Shown here: positions 1 through 6,908 of the stretch, one piece after another
How positions within the stretch are numbered: the stretch's first letter is position 1
Layout: the number at the start of each line of letters is the position of its first letter
Origin: a virus
Length of the DNA stretch: 39,533 nucleotides
IMG/VR virus record: IMGVR_UViG_3300045988_094722
Reading direction: 5' to 3' (one strand)
Notes under the pieces: generated by a model
What the model saw: only the letters and a program-made list of their open reading frames with translations
Databases searched by the model: none
What the model was told of the DNA's origin: nothing
Position numbers and translations under genes: made by a program

Positions 1-86
1 GCGCGGCAACGTCCGGCGATTCCAGCAGCGCGGCAACGTCCGGCAATCGCAGCAGTGCGGCAACGTCCGGCAATTACAGCACGGCC
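1..86 (+). repeat. Distal end of the 27-bp in-frame tandem repeat array (see 39109..39533)
   Basis: Units of ACGTCCGGCnnnnnnAGCAGCGCGGCA. Confidence 0.9.
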
Positions 87-314
87 ACAGCAACAGGCGG
101 CTATTGCAGTGCACAAGTAGAAGGCAAAAACAGCCTTGCAATTGCAAACGGCGCTCATAGCAAGGCGCGTGGTGTGCTTGGCTGCTATCTGGTTTTGACC
201 GAGTATGCCGATGGCGGAAAGCTTTTGTGGGCTAAGATTGCAAAGGTCGATGGCACTGCAATTAAGGAAAATGTCTGGTATACGCTCAAAAATGGAGAGT
301 TTGAGGAGGTGTGA
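1..314 (+). CDS. C-terminal part of the junction-spanning 9-aa-repeat protein (continues 38767..39533; full protein about 341 aa)
   Basis: Frame 3 is open from base 3 to TGA at 312-314. The frame is continuous with 38767.. once the 55-bp overlap is removed. The tail reads ...GGYCSAQVEGKNSLAIANGAHSKARGVLGCYLVLTEY... Confidence 0.75.
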   Translation, partial: AATSGDSSSAATSGNRSSAATSGNYSTATATGGYCSAQVEGKNSLAIANGAHSKARGVLGCYLVLTEYADGGKLLWAKIAKVDGTAIKENVWYTLKNGEFEEV

Positions 315-316
315 AC

Positions 317-487
317 GTGACGCGCTACATCTGGATGGAAGTCACGCCGGACAAGTACGAACTGCCGGTAGCCGTGGCGGACAGCCTGAGAGCCCTTGCG
401 AAGCTGCGGGGCGTCACGCCCGCCGCCATCAGCCACAGCGTCCACAAATTTGGCGACAGAGGCAAGTACAGAAGAGTGGAGATATAA
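317..487 (+). CDS. Small early protein (56 aa), unknown function
   Basis: GTG start 7 nt after GGAGG (305-309). It is below the ORF-track size cut-off. Translation MTRYIWMEVTPDKYELPVAVADS... looks like a recurrent small phage ORF. Confidence 0.5.
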   Translation: MTRYIWMEVTPDKYELPVAVADSLRALAKLRGVTPAAISHSVHKFGDRGKYRRVEI

Positions 488-510
488 GCCAAAAGAGAGG
501 AGGATGCACC

Positions 511-732
511 ATGCGTCCCACAATGAGCATTCACGATTGTTGCGAGCTGATGCGCGCAAACCAAATTTCCATAAGCGAATCTACGCTTAAGGAAATGATT
601 CAGGCGGGGGCGTTTCCTGGGTGGTCTGTTCCGTCTGTGGGCACCAGAACCGCCGCGCCGCTGATTTCTAGCGCAGGCTTTATCGCATGGCTAAAAGAAT
701 TTTATAAGTTAAAGGTGGTATACGGATTATGA
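511..732 (+). CDS. Excisionase/MerR-like HTH DNA-binding protein (73 aa)
   Basis: Internal ATG of ORF 205..732, preceded by AGAGGAGGA. The HTH-like segment is CELMRANQISISESTLKEMIQAGAFP. Confidence 0.6.
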   Translation: MRPTMSIHDCCELMRANQISISESTLKEMIQAGAFPGWSVPSVGTRTAAPLISSAGFIAWLKEFYKLKVVYGL

Positions 733-1049
733 AACGACTGAACACCATTACCCTTGCCGGTTTCGCGGTGTGCGGCTTTCTGCTGGGCATGAAAGCCCTT
801 GACCTTGCCGAGGCGGGCATCACCCTGCTGCTGATGGTCTGGGGCGGCTACGCCTACGGTGCCGCCGCTGCCCGCGCTCCGCTGGTGCTGTGGGCTGTGC
901 TTTGCACGGCTGCAGGGCTTGCATTCAGCCTGTACGAGCTGCGCCGCGAGAACCGGCAATACAAGCGGAACAGCCCCTATGGCCGCATCGACCGCACCCA
1001 CGCCCGCACCCATGAGCCGGACTACCGGCAGAACCGGAGGGGAGCATGA
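729..1049 (+). CDS. Small membrane protein (3 predicted TM segments)
   Basis: ATGA start/stop overlap with the upstream gene, and hydrophobic stretches. Confidence 0.6.
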   Translation: MKRLNTITLAGFAVCGFLLGMKALDLAEAGITLLLMVWGGYAYGAAAARAPLVLWAVLCTAAGLAFSLYELRRENRQYKRNSPYGRIDRTHARTHEPDYRQNRRGA

Positions 1050-1147
1050 AAAAAGAGCACGCCGGTGCAGCAACACCGACGAGCCCCAGAGGTGATGGTT
1101 TGAACGACTCCACCACTTCGAAGAATAACATACTTTGGAGGTTTTGA
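1046..1147 (+). CDS. Possible 33-aa micro-ORF
   Basis: ATGA overlap with the previous stop, with GGAGGGGAG upstream. There is no other support. Confidence 0.25.
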   Translation: MKKEHAGAATPTSPRGDGLNDSTTSKNNILWRF

Positions 1148-1155
1148 CAAGCAAA

Positions 1156-1329
1156 ATGGCAATTTTGATGATCTTCGACGGGCAGAAGAACCCGCCAGCG
1201 TTCCGCACGATGCGCTACAGCGAAACCACACAGGAAATGGTCCGGATAGCCGACGACCTGGCCAAAGACCAGCCCGGTGATCTGTACGAGGTCTATGATA
1301 ACGTCGGCGTTCTGGCGTATCGGAGGTGA
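1156..1329 (+). CDS. Hypothetical protein (57 aa)
   Basis: Internal ATG of ORF 1135..1329, downstream of GGAGG. Confidence 0.5.
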   Translation: MAILMIFDGQKNPPAFRTMRYSETTQEMVRIADDLAKDQPGDLYEVYDNVGVLAYRR

Positions 1330-1335
1330 ATATTT

Positions 1336-1743
1336 ATGCAGTGCGATGAAAAAAAGGAGATCTGCCTGAACTACGCTGCCAATGTGCCGGAATGGCAGAT
1401 GGGCCTTACACTGGAAGCGCTTGCAGCCTTGGGCGAAGTGTCCAGCACCTGCGGCAAGGTCCAGAAGGCCGTCGCAGGGGACATGGCATGGACGAAGCTT
1501 CACCCGGACAGCGAGTATCTTGGGACGCTGCCCATCAACCGCGTAAATGCCTGCAAGGAGGCTGCTTCCGCTCTGGGCAAGGCGCTGTGGGCACTGGAAG
1601 TTTTGCTGGCGCAGTCGGAACAGTTTGGGTTTGCATTTGGGCTTGCGCGGGGCACCGAGTCTGCATACGGTACGCAGCACGACGTTCTGGAGGATATATG
1701 CAGGACACACGGATGCGCGGAGGTGGCATACAATCATGGATAA
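1336..1743 (+). CDS. Hypothetical early protein (135 aa)
   Basis: ORF track; operon context; 8-nt overlap with the next gene. Confidence 0.6.
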   Translation: MQCDEKKEICLNYAANVPEWQMGLTLEALAALGEVSSTCGKVQKAVAGDMAWTKLHPDSEYLGTLPINRVNACKEAASALGKALWALEVLLAQSEQFGFAFGLARGTESAYGTQHDVLEDICRTHGCAEVAYNHG

Positions 1744-2380
1744 AATGAGCATCTATAACAGTGCACGCGAGGTTCCAAAAGAAGCCCAGAAGCCTATCAC
1801 CGGCGGCCGACTGAACGGCATGACCGATATCAGCCCCATGTGGCGTGTGAAGAAGATGACCGAGCTGTTCGGACCCGCTGGCATTGGCTGGCGATTCGAC
1901 CCGCCGGTCTTTGAAGAGAAGCAGGGCGTCAATGGTGAAGTTATGGTGCACTGTTTCACGAATCTGTACATCAAGCAAGATGACGGCGCAGAGTGGAGCG
2001 CTCCCATCCCCGGTGTTGGTGGTTCTATGCTGATCGCCACGGAAAAAAGCGGTCAACGTACCGATGACGAAGCTTACAAGAAAGCCTATACGGACGCGCA
2101 AAGTGTGGCCTGCAAGGCCCTGGGCATTGGCGCGGACGTCTATTGGAGCAAGGACAGGACCAAGTACGACCAGCCTATGTTTCAGCAAAAACAGCCTGCA
2201 TCAAAACCGCCGGTCTGCGCCTGCTGCGGAAAGTCCGTCGGCCCGGTCAAACGAAAGGACGGAACCATTGCAAAAACGGCCGAGGAAGTGGCCGAATACA
2301 CCCAGAAAACCTATGGCCGGGTCCTGTGCTGGACCTGCGCCAAAAAGCAGCCGGAAGATGGAGGATTGACGCATGCTTAA
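1736..2380 (+). CDS. Rad52/Sak-type single-strand annealing protein with C-terminal CxxC...CxxC zinc ribbon
   Basis: ATG after GGAGGTGG. Motif TDISPMWRVKKMTELFGPAGIGWRF is typical of phage Rad52-like SSAPs, and the gene sits next to ssb. Confidence 0.7.
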   Translation: MDKMSIYNSAREVPKEAQKPITGGRLNGMTDISPMWRVKKMTELFGPAGIGWRFDPPVFEEKQGVNGEVMVHCFTNLYIKQDDGAEWSAPIPGVGGSMLIATEKSGQRTDDEAYKKAYTDAQSVACKALGIGADVYWSKDRTKYDQPMFQQKQPASKPPVCACCGKSVGPVKRKDGTIAKTAEEVAEYTQKTYGRVLCWTCAKKQPEDGGLTHA

Positions 2381-2840
2381 CATCGTCGCAATTATGGGCC
2401 GTCTGGTCTACGACCCGGAACTCAAGACCACCCAGCAGGGCACCAGCGTGTGCAGTTTCCGCATTGCCTGCGACCGCAGCTATGCCCCGAAGGGCAAGGA
2501 GCGGCAGGCCGATTTTATTGACGTCGTCGCCTGGCGGCAGACGGCGGAGTTCGTCAGCAAGCATTTCCAGAAGGGCAGCATGATCGCCATCGAGGGCAGC
2601 TTGCAGACCCGGCAGTATCAGGACAAGCAGGGCAGCAACCGCACGGCGGTGGAGGTTCTGGCGAACCATATCAGCTTCGCAGGGCCCAAGGCGGCAGAGA
2701 AGCCCGCTGTGCACGATTTCGACCAGCAGACGCAAAGTTATGCCCAGCAGGCAAATGCCTCTCACAGCGCACCGCAGGTGTCTCAGGGTGCCCCGGACTA
2801 TTTTTCCGTCATCTCGGATGATGACGATTTTCCATTCTGA
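2373..2840 (+). CDS. ssb: Single-stranded DNA-binding protein
   Basis: OB-fold N-terminus MLNIVAIMGRLVYDPELK, a Gln-rich linker and the acidic tip DDDDFPF. Confidence 0.95.
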   Translation: MLNIVAIMGRLVYDPELKTTQQGTSVCSFRIACDRSYAPKGKERQADFIDVVAWRQTAEFVSKHFQKGSMIAIEGSLQTRQYQDKQGSNRTAVEVLANHISFAGPKAAEKPAVHDFDQQTQSYAQQANASHSAPQVSQGAPDYFSVISDDDDFPF

Positions 2841-2848
2841 AGGGAGAA

Positions 2849-3262
2849 ATGAAAATGGGATATCGGCCCAAAATTGTCCTGTGTAGACTGAAAACAGGCG
2901 GAAAAAGCATTAAAGAGTTTCGGGAGAAATTCAAAGACCAAGGAATGTCGGATTTCGACCTCGAAAACATCCAGAAGGCATATGAGAAATTCGATGGACT
3001 GACCGTTCTCCTTTCGCTGTGGGAGTATGACAACCATGAAAGCTATCATCTGTACGACTGGAACCTCGTTGACGATGAAGCCATGATGCAGGGAATCTAC
3101 TTTGCAGAACAGGCCAATCCATTTACTCAGTACAAAGACAACTTTGACAAGTTTGCAGAGGATTGGAAAGACGGCGAGTATGATTCCGGCGGAGCGGTTT
3201 TGACTTTTTCACCCGAAGAGGTAAAAGAACTCAAGATAATTTCAGAAGAGAACCGCTCGTAA
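2849..3262 (+). CDS. Hypothetical protein (137 aa)
   Basis: ORF track; SD GGGAGAAATGAAAATG; AT-richer than its neighbours. Confidence 0.7.
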   Translation: MKMGYRPKIVLCRLKTGGKSIKEFREKFKDQGMSDFDLENIQKAYEKFDGLTVLLSLWEYDNHESYHLYDWNLVDDEAMMQGIYFAEQANPFTQYKDNFDKFAEDWKDGEYDSGGAVLTFSPEEVKELKIISEENRS

Positions 3263-3316
3263 TCGACAAGAAAGCTGTGCTATCTGGCGATACGGGCGCT
3301 CGGAAGGAGGTGAAAC

Positions 3317-4081
3317 ATGGAAGACGAAATCAGGCCCAAAGCGCTGATGATCCCATTCGACAAGTTTGTGATTTTGGATATCCTGCCGCCAGAACAGTAC
3401 AAAAACACCCTGACCAAGATGCGGCAGTATGTGGAGCACGGAGAAGAACCGGAAGGTCTGGAACCAATGGAGCAGATGGCATTCGAGTCTCTGCGGGCCT
3501 TTATGAACGAGAACATAAAGACGTATCAACGCACGATTTGGGCGAATCGTCAAAATGGGCGAAAAGGCGGAAGACCCAGAAAAGCGAAAGAAACCGATGG
3601 GTTTTCTGAAAAACCCACGGAAACCCATGGGGAACCCAACGAAACCCATAAAAACCAAAGTACAAAGTACAAAGTACAAAGTACAAAGTACACAGACTCT
3701 ATAGAGTCTATAGATATAGACGCTTCCGCGTCTCCATCCCCCAGAGCATCAAAACGGTTTTCTCCGCCGGGACTGGAAGAGATCGAGGCGTATTTTGCCG
3801 AGAAAGGCGGTACAGCTGCACAGGCGGAGCGTTTCCGGGACTTCTACGAGTCCAACGGCTGGAAGGTCGGCAAGAACCCCATGAAGAGCTGGAAGGCTGC
3901 GGCATCCGGCTGGATGTCCAGAGACAAGGAGAGCGCCAAGAAGGCCAGCGCTCCGCGCAGCAAGCCGTTCATGGCGTCCAGGCCCCCAGAAGAGGCAGCA
4001 GCGCATCCGAACGACTTCCTCAAGAATGCTGCGGCCCGCCGCCCTCTGAGCAAAAAGAAAGGAGAGGTTCACAATGCCTAA
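3317..4081 (+). CDS. Replisome-organiser-like protein (DUF6291-type N-domain, low-complexity linker, DnaD-like C-domain)
   Basis: SD GGAAGGAGGTG. N-domain motif NRQNGRKGGRPRK; C-domain motif AERFRDFYESNGWKVGKNPMKSWKAAASGW. Confidence 0.75.
   Translation: MEDEIRPKALMIPFDKFVILDILPPEQYKNTLTKMRQYVEHGEEPEGLEPMEQMAFESLRAFMNENIKTYQRTIWANRQNGRKGGRPRKAKETDGFSEKPTETHGEPNETHKNQSTKYKVQSTKYTDSIESIDIDASASPSPRASKRFSPPGLEEIEAYFAEKGGTAAQAERFRDFYESNGWKVGKNPMKSWKAAASGWMSRDKESAKKASAPRSKPFMASRPPEEAAAHPNDFLKNAAARRPLSKKKGEVHNA
3611..3720. repeat. Iteron block inside the organiser gene (candidate origin of replication)
   Basis: Five AAACCCA-like repeats about 10 bp apart (3611-3657), five perfect CAAAGTA heptamers (3656-3690), the 14-bp palindrome GACTCTATAGAGTC (3695-3708), then TATAGATATAGA. 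Confidence 0.5.
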
Positions 4082-4250
4082 ATACAACGTCATGGTCGAG
4101 TGCCGCAACGCAGGCGGTACAGACCTCCACTGCTGGCGGGTAGATGCCAGCAACCCCGGCGAGGCCGGTTACATCGCAACGCAGCTCGCACAAAGCCATT
4201 ACCCGGAGTTCGACGAGTTCGAGCCGGTGCGGACGGAGGCGGTCCGATGA
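4074..4250 (+). CDS. Hypothetical protein (58 aa)
   Basis: ATG after AAAGGAGAGG. Its stop overlaps the next start (ATGA). It is below the ORF-track cut-off. Confidence 0.5.
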   Translation: MPKYNVMVECRNAGGTDLHCWRVDASNPGEAGYIATQLAQSHYPEFDEFEPVRTEAVR

Positions 4251-4462
4251 CGAACTCGACCTGCAAGGGCTGCCCCGACCGGCACCCTGCCTGTCACGAC
4301 CACTGCGAGCGGTTCAAGGCATGGCAACAGATGCACAAGGCCGAGCTGGCCTATACCTACGATATGACCCACACCATGAGATGCTACCACCGTACATACG
4401 AGGACAAGCACCGTGAGCGGGGCCGAAAGCGCTATCTGGGCGCAAATGGAGGAGACGAATGA
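4247..4462 (+). CDS. Cys/His-rich small protein (71 aa), putative zinc binding
   Basis: Internal ATG of ORF 4100..4462 coupled to the upstream stop. Motif CKGCPDRHPACHDHC. Confidence 0.6.
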   Translation: MTNSTCKGCPDRHPACHDHCERFKAWQQMHKAELAYTYDMTHTMRCYHRTYEDKHRERGRKRYLGANGGDE

Positions 4463-4475
4463 AAGGAGAACAAAA

Positions 4476-5036
4476 ATGAGCAAAGCAGTCCTTTTGAGCA
4501 TCCAGCCAAATTGGTGCAAGTTGATTTGGAGCGGAATGAAAACCGTGGAGATGCGCAGGAACCGCCCGAAGCTGAAAACGCCGTTCAAGGTGTACATCTA
4601 CTGTTCCGGCAATAGCGGATGGCTAATGAGGACACCAAAGGGCTTGCGGAAGATGGACAGAAAAGTAATTGGTGAGTTCACCTGTGACAAAATCGACAAA
4701 CTTGTCCACGTCGGAACGATGATGGACATAAACATTTTGACATTGGACGGGTGGTATAAACCGGCAGATGCACTGCTTCAAGCCGCCTGTTTGACCGAAG
4801 AAACCGCTAAAAAATATCTGCAAGGTCGTAATGGCTATGGCTGGCACATTTCAGAACTTAAATTTTACGATAGGCCCGTGAATCTTAAAGAGTTATGGGC
4901 GATACAGCCCTGCACACATCGCGGAGATTGTTGCACCTGCCGCAGATGGGACGCAGAAAAGCTGATTTGCCGGGGAGAAGCATTCGGAATCGAACGCCCG
5001 CCGCAAAGCTGGTGCTATGTGGAGGACGGCAGATGA
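4476..5036 (+). CDS. ASCH domain protein
   Basis: ATG after GAAAGGAGAA. N-terminus AVLLSIQPNWCKLIWSGMKTVEMRR is the typical ASCH beta-barrel start. Confidence 0.75.
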   Translation: MSKAVLLSIQPNWCKLIWSGMKTVEMRRNRPKLKTPFKVYIYCSGNSGWLMRTPKGLRKMDRKVIGEFTCDKIDKLVHVGTMMDINILTLDGWYKPADALLQAACLTEETAKKYLQGRNGYGWHISELKFYDRPVNLKELWAIQPCTHRGDCCTCRRWDAEKLICRGEAFGIERPPQSWCYVEDGR

Positions 5037-5413
5037 AATTAACCCTCTACGGCGACCCCCGCACAAAGAAAAACAGTGCCCGCATCCTGCAAGGGCGCGG
5101 AGGACGGCGCTTCGTGGCCCCAAGCGCTGCGTTTGAGGATTACCAGACCGCTTGCCTGTGGCAGATACGCGCCCCGCCTGAGCCTATTTCTACCCGCGTG
5201 AACGTGCGGTGCGTGTACTACATGGCTACCCGGCGCAAGGTTGACCTTGCAAACCTGATCGAGGCCACCTGCGACATACTGGTGACAGCCGGTGTGCTGG
5301 CAGATGACAACAGCTGCATCGTTGCCGCCCACGATGGCAGTCGGGTGGATTACGACAAGAAAACCCCCAGAGCTGAAATTTGGATCGAAGAAATGGAGGA
5401 TGAAAGAGTATGA
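5033..5413 (+). CDS. rusA: RusA-family Holliday junction resolvase
   Basis: ATGA coupling. MKLTLYGDPRTKKNS... and VDLANLIEATCDILVTAGVLADDNSCIV match the RusA pattern. Confidence 0.75.
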   Translation: MKLTLYGDPRTKKNSARILQGRGGRRFVAPSAAFEDYQTACLWQIRAPPEPISTRVNVRCVYYMATRRKVDLANLIEATCDILVTAGVLADDNSCIVAAHDGSRVDYDKKTPRAEIWIEEMEDERV

Positions 5414-5490
5414 GAGTCATAACCGCACTGATAATCATTTCTATCGCGCTTTTTGTTGGATATTTAGGTGGAGGGCCTTATGCAAAATAA
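5410..5490 (+). CDS. Possible 26-aa hydrophobic peptide
   Basis: ATGA overlap with the rusA stop. Translation MRVITALIIISIALFVGYLGGGPYAK. Confidence 0.3.
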   Translation: MRVITALIIISIALFVGYLGGGPYAK

Positions 5491-5519
5491 TCGAACAATA
5501 TATGATTGGAGGAAGATAC

Positions 5520-6035
5520 ATGACCCGCACATGGACACATGACGCAGACGCGCCGAAACCAGAGGACCCCCGCGCACTGGAAGTACGGCGGTATTTTGAA
5601 CGCCTGCCCCAAATGAGGTCTCTTATTTTGCAGCAGAAGGAGCGCATCGCAGACCTCAAGAACGCAGCTACAACGACTACTTCCAGAGTATCCGGTGCGT
5701 CCGGGCGCTCTGGAGTCAGCGATAAGGTCGGAAACAACACCGATGCCGCGATGGACGCCGAAAAGCATCTGCACGAGATGAAATGCCAGTACGCCGAGAT
5801 GCAGAAAGAAGCCATCGGCTTCGCTTATCTCCTCAACGCGGACCCTGCGTCCATCAAGCGCAGTCGGTGTATCACGCTCTGCTATGTGGAGGGAAAGACC
5901 AGGGCAGCCGCCGCCGGAGAGGTCGGTTATTCAAACGCGCGGACGGTCTCCACAGCCATTTCGGAGGGATTTCGTCAGCTGGCAGAGATATGGGAGGATA
6001 CACCGTTCTGCGATTTTGACAGTTTTGCACAATAA
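5520..6035 (+). CDS. ArpU/RinA-like late transcriptional regulator (sigma region-4-like HTH)
   Basis: ATG after GGAGGAAG. C-terminal HTH CYVEGKTRAAAAGEVGYSNARTVSTAISEGF. It sits just upstream of the packaging genes. Confidence 0.6.
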   Translation: MTRTWTHDADAPKPEDPRALEVRRYFERLPQMRSLILQQKERIADLKNAATTTTSRVSGASGRSGVSDKVGNNTDAAMDAEKHLHEMKCQYAEMQKEAIGFAYLLNADPASIKRSRCITLCYVEGKTRAAAAGEVGYSNARTVSTAISEGFRQLAEIWEDTPFCDFDSFAQ

Positions 6036-6205
6036 TTCGCGGAACTTTTCGACAGTGAACATCATCGACACTTGAGCGGAATCAGTGGTATTGTAGTAGT
6101 ATCGGCAGAGCCGAAAAGGCCCACCGATGCAATGCAGCCCACGAACGTTCCGGCCCTGTGCTGTCCGTAGGTACAGGTCACCAACGTTTCGCGGGCTGCT
6201 TCTAT

Positions 6206-6307
6206 GCGAGATTTCGGCACGGCTCCGTTCAGAACGGCAGTTCTGGGCGAATGGGGCAGGGTGATCGCCTCCCTCTCCGCGTGGTTCGACTCCACGGTTT
6301 CGCACCA
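6206..6307 (+). ncRNA. Non-canonical tRNA-Leu(CAG)-like element with encoded CCA
   Basis: Perfect T arm CGTGG-TTCGACT-CCACG, a 7-bp acceptor GCGAGAT/GTTTCGC (3 wobble pairs), A73 and CCA, and a TTCAGAA loop. The D-arm region is only about 10 nt, and 39 nt lie before the T stem. Confidence 0.4.
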
Positions 6308-6424
6308 GATGGCGCATGGACTCATCCCCCACAAAGCTGCACGCTTAACCTCCCGTGCTACGAAAAAAAGCTTTGAATCCCTGAAGGTGTGGGTAGACTT
6401 CCCGACGGGATGTGCGTCAAACAA

Positions 6425-6453
6425 CAGCCCTGGCGGAGAACCAGGGCTGTTTT
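6425..6453 (+). terminator. Rho-independent terminator
   Basis: CAGCCCTGG-cggagaa-CCAGGGCTG followed by TTTT. Confidence 0.75.
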
Positions 6454-6458
6454 ATATG

Positions 6459-6525
6459 GCCGCCTGAGCGCAATGTGGAGCGCGGTGCGTGTGTAGACAC
6501 GGCTGGTTCGATTCCAAGGGCGGCG
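6459..6525 (+). ncRNA. Truncated tRNA-like element (67 nt) or tRNA remnant
   Basis: Acceptor GCCGCCT/GGGCGGC and D arm GCGC-aatgtgga-GCGC are present. The anticodon position holds CGTGT-GTAG-ACACG (a 4-nt loop), and the T stem has only 3 bp around TTCGATT. Confidence 0.35.
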
Positions 6526-6531
6526 TTTTAT

Positions 6532-6607
6532 ATTCCCGTAGCTCAAGTGATGGAGCAGCGGTCTCCAAAACCGCAGGCTGCAGGTTTGAGCCCTGCCGGG
6601 AATGCCA
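6532..6607 (+). tRNA. tRNA-Trp (anticodon CCA)
   Basis: Full cloverleaf with a perfect 7-bp acceptor. It has A1-U72 and G73 as in bacterial tRNA-Trp, anticodon arm GCGGT-CTCCAAA-ACCGC, T arm GCAGG-TTTGAGC-CCTGC and an encoded CCA. Confidence 0.9.
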
Positions 6608-6710
6608 GCTGCGTACCCTGTGAGGGGGCTGCGCAGATAGCGGGGCATCTGGCCGCGAAAGTTCCGGATGCAGCGGCTTTGTGTACGACAGGCAAAGCTG
6701 CTTATTATAT

Positions 6711-6846
6711 GCCGCCATAGCTCAATTGGGAGAGCGCCGCCCATTTAAGGCGGGACAACGTTGGTGACACCACGGGAACATCACTGCACAGCCAACCACT
6801 GCGCACATCCATTCCGTGGGTGCTGGTTCAAATCCAGCTGGCGGCA
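6711..6846 (+). ncRNA. tRNA-Lys(TTT)-like element with a 68-nt segment in the variable-loop position
   Basis: Perfect acceptor GCCGCCA/TGGCGGC, D arm GCTC-aattggga-GAGC, anticodon arm CCGCC-CATTTAA-GGCGG (A at position 33) and T arm GCTGG-TTCAAAT-CCAGC. There is no CCA, and 6754-6821 is extra. Confidence 0.45.
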
Positions 6847-6908
6847 CATTCGATATTTTAACCGTTCGATTTTTCGGGCGGCTTTTGTTTTACAGGGAGG
6901 TTTCTGCT

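Noticed and set aside
205-732. 175-aa ORF taken at face value. The same issue applies to the extended N-termini of ORFs 1547.., 4100.., 4413.., 4895.., 5292.., 13062.., 15480.., 15896.., 16363.., 21619.., 25851.., 26170.., 26376.., 30431.. and 37811...
   Set aside because: The upstream parts overlap the preceding genes and lack an SD. In each case an internal start with a strong SD or ATGA coupling gives the expected protein.
6206-6307. tmRNA (SsrA), suggested by the T arm, acceptor and CCA end.
   Set aside because: There is no G3.U70 alanine identity pair and no tag reading frame or pseudoknot region that I could recognise. The 5' partner lies only 100 nt upstream.
6206-6846. Suppressor tRNAs or stop-codon recoding.
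   Set aside because: The anticodons read CAG, CCA and TTT (plus CAT at 13072), and none reads a stop codon. All essential genes are intact ORFs in the standard code.
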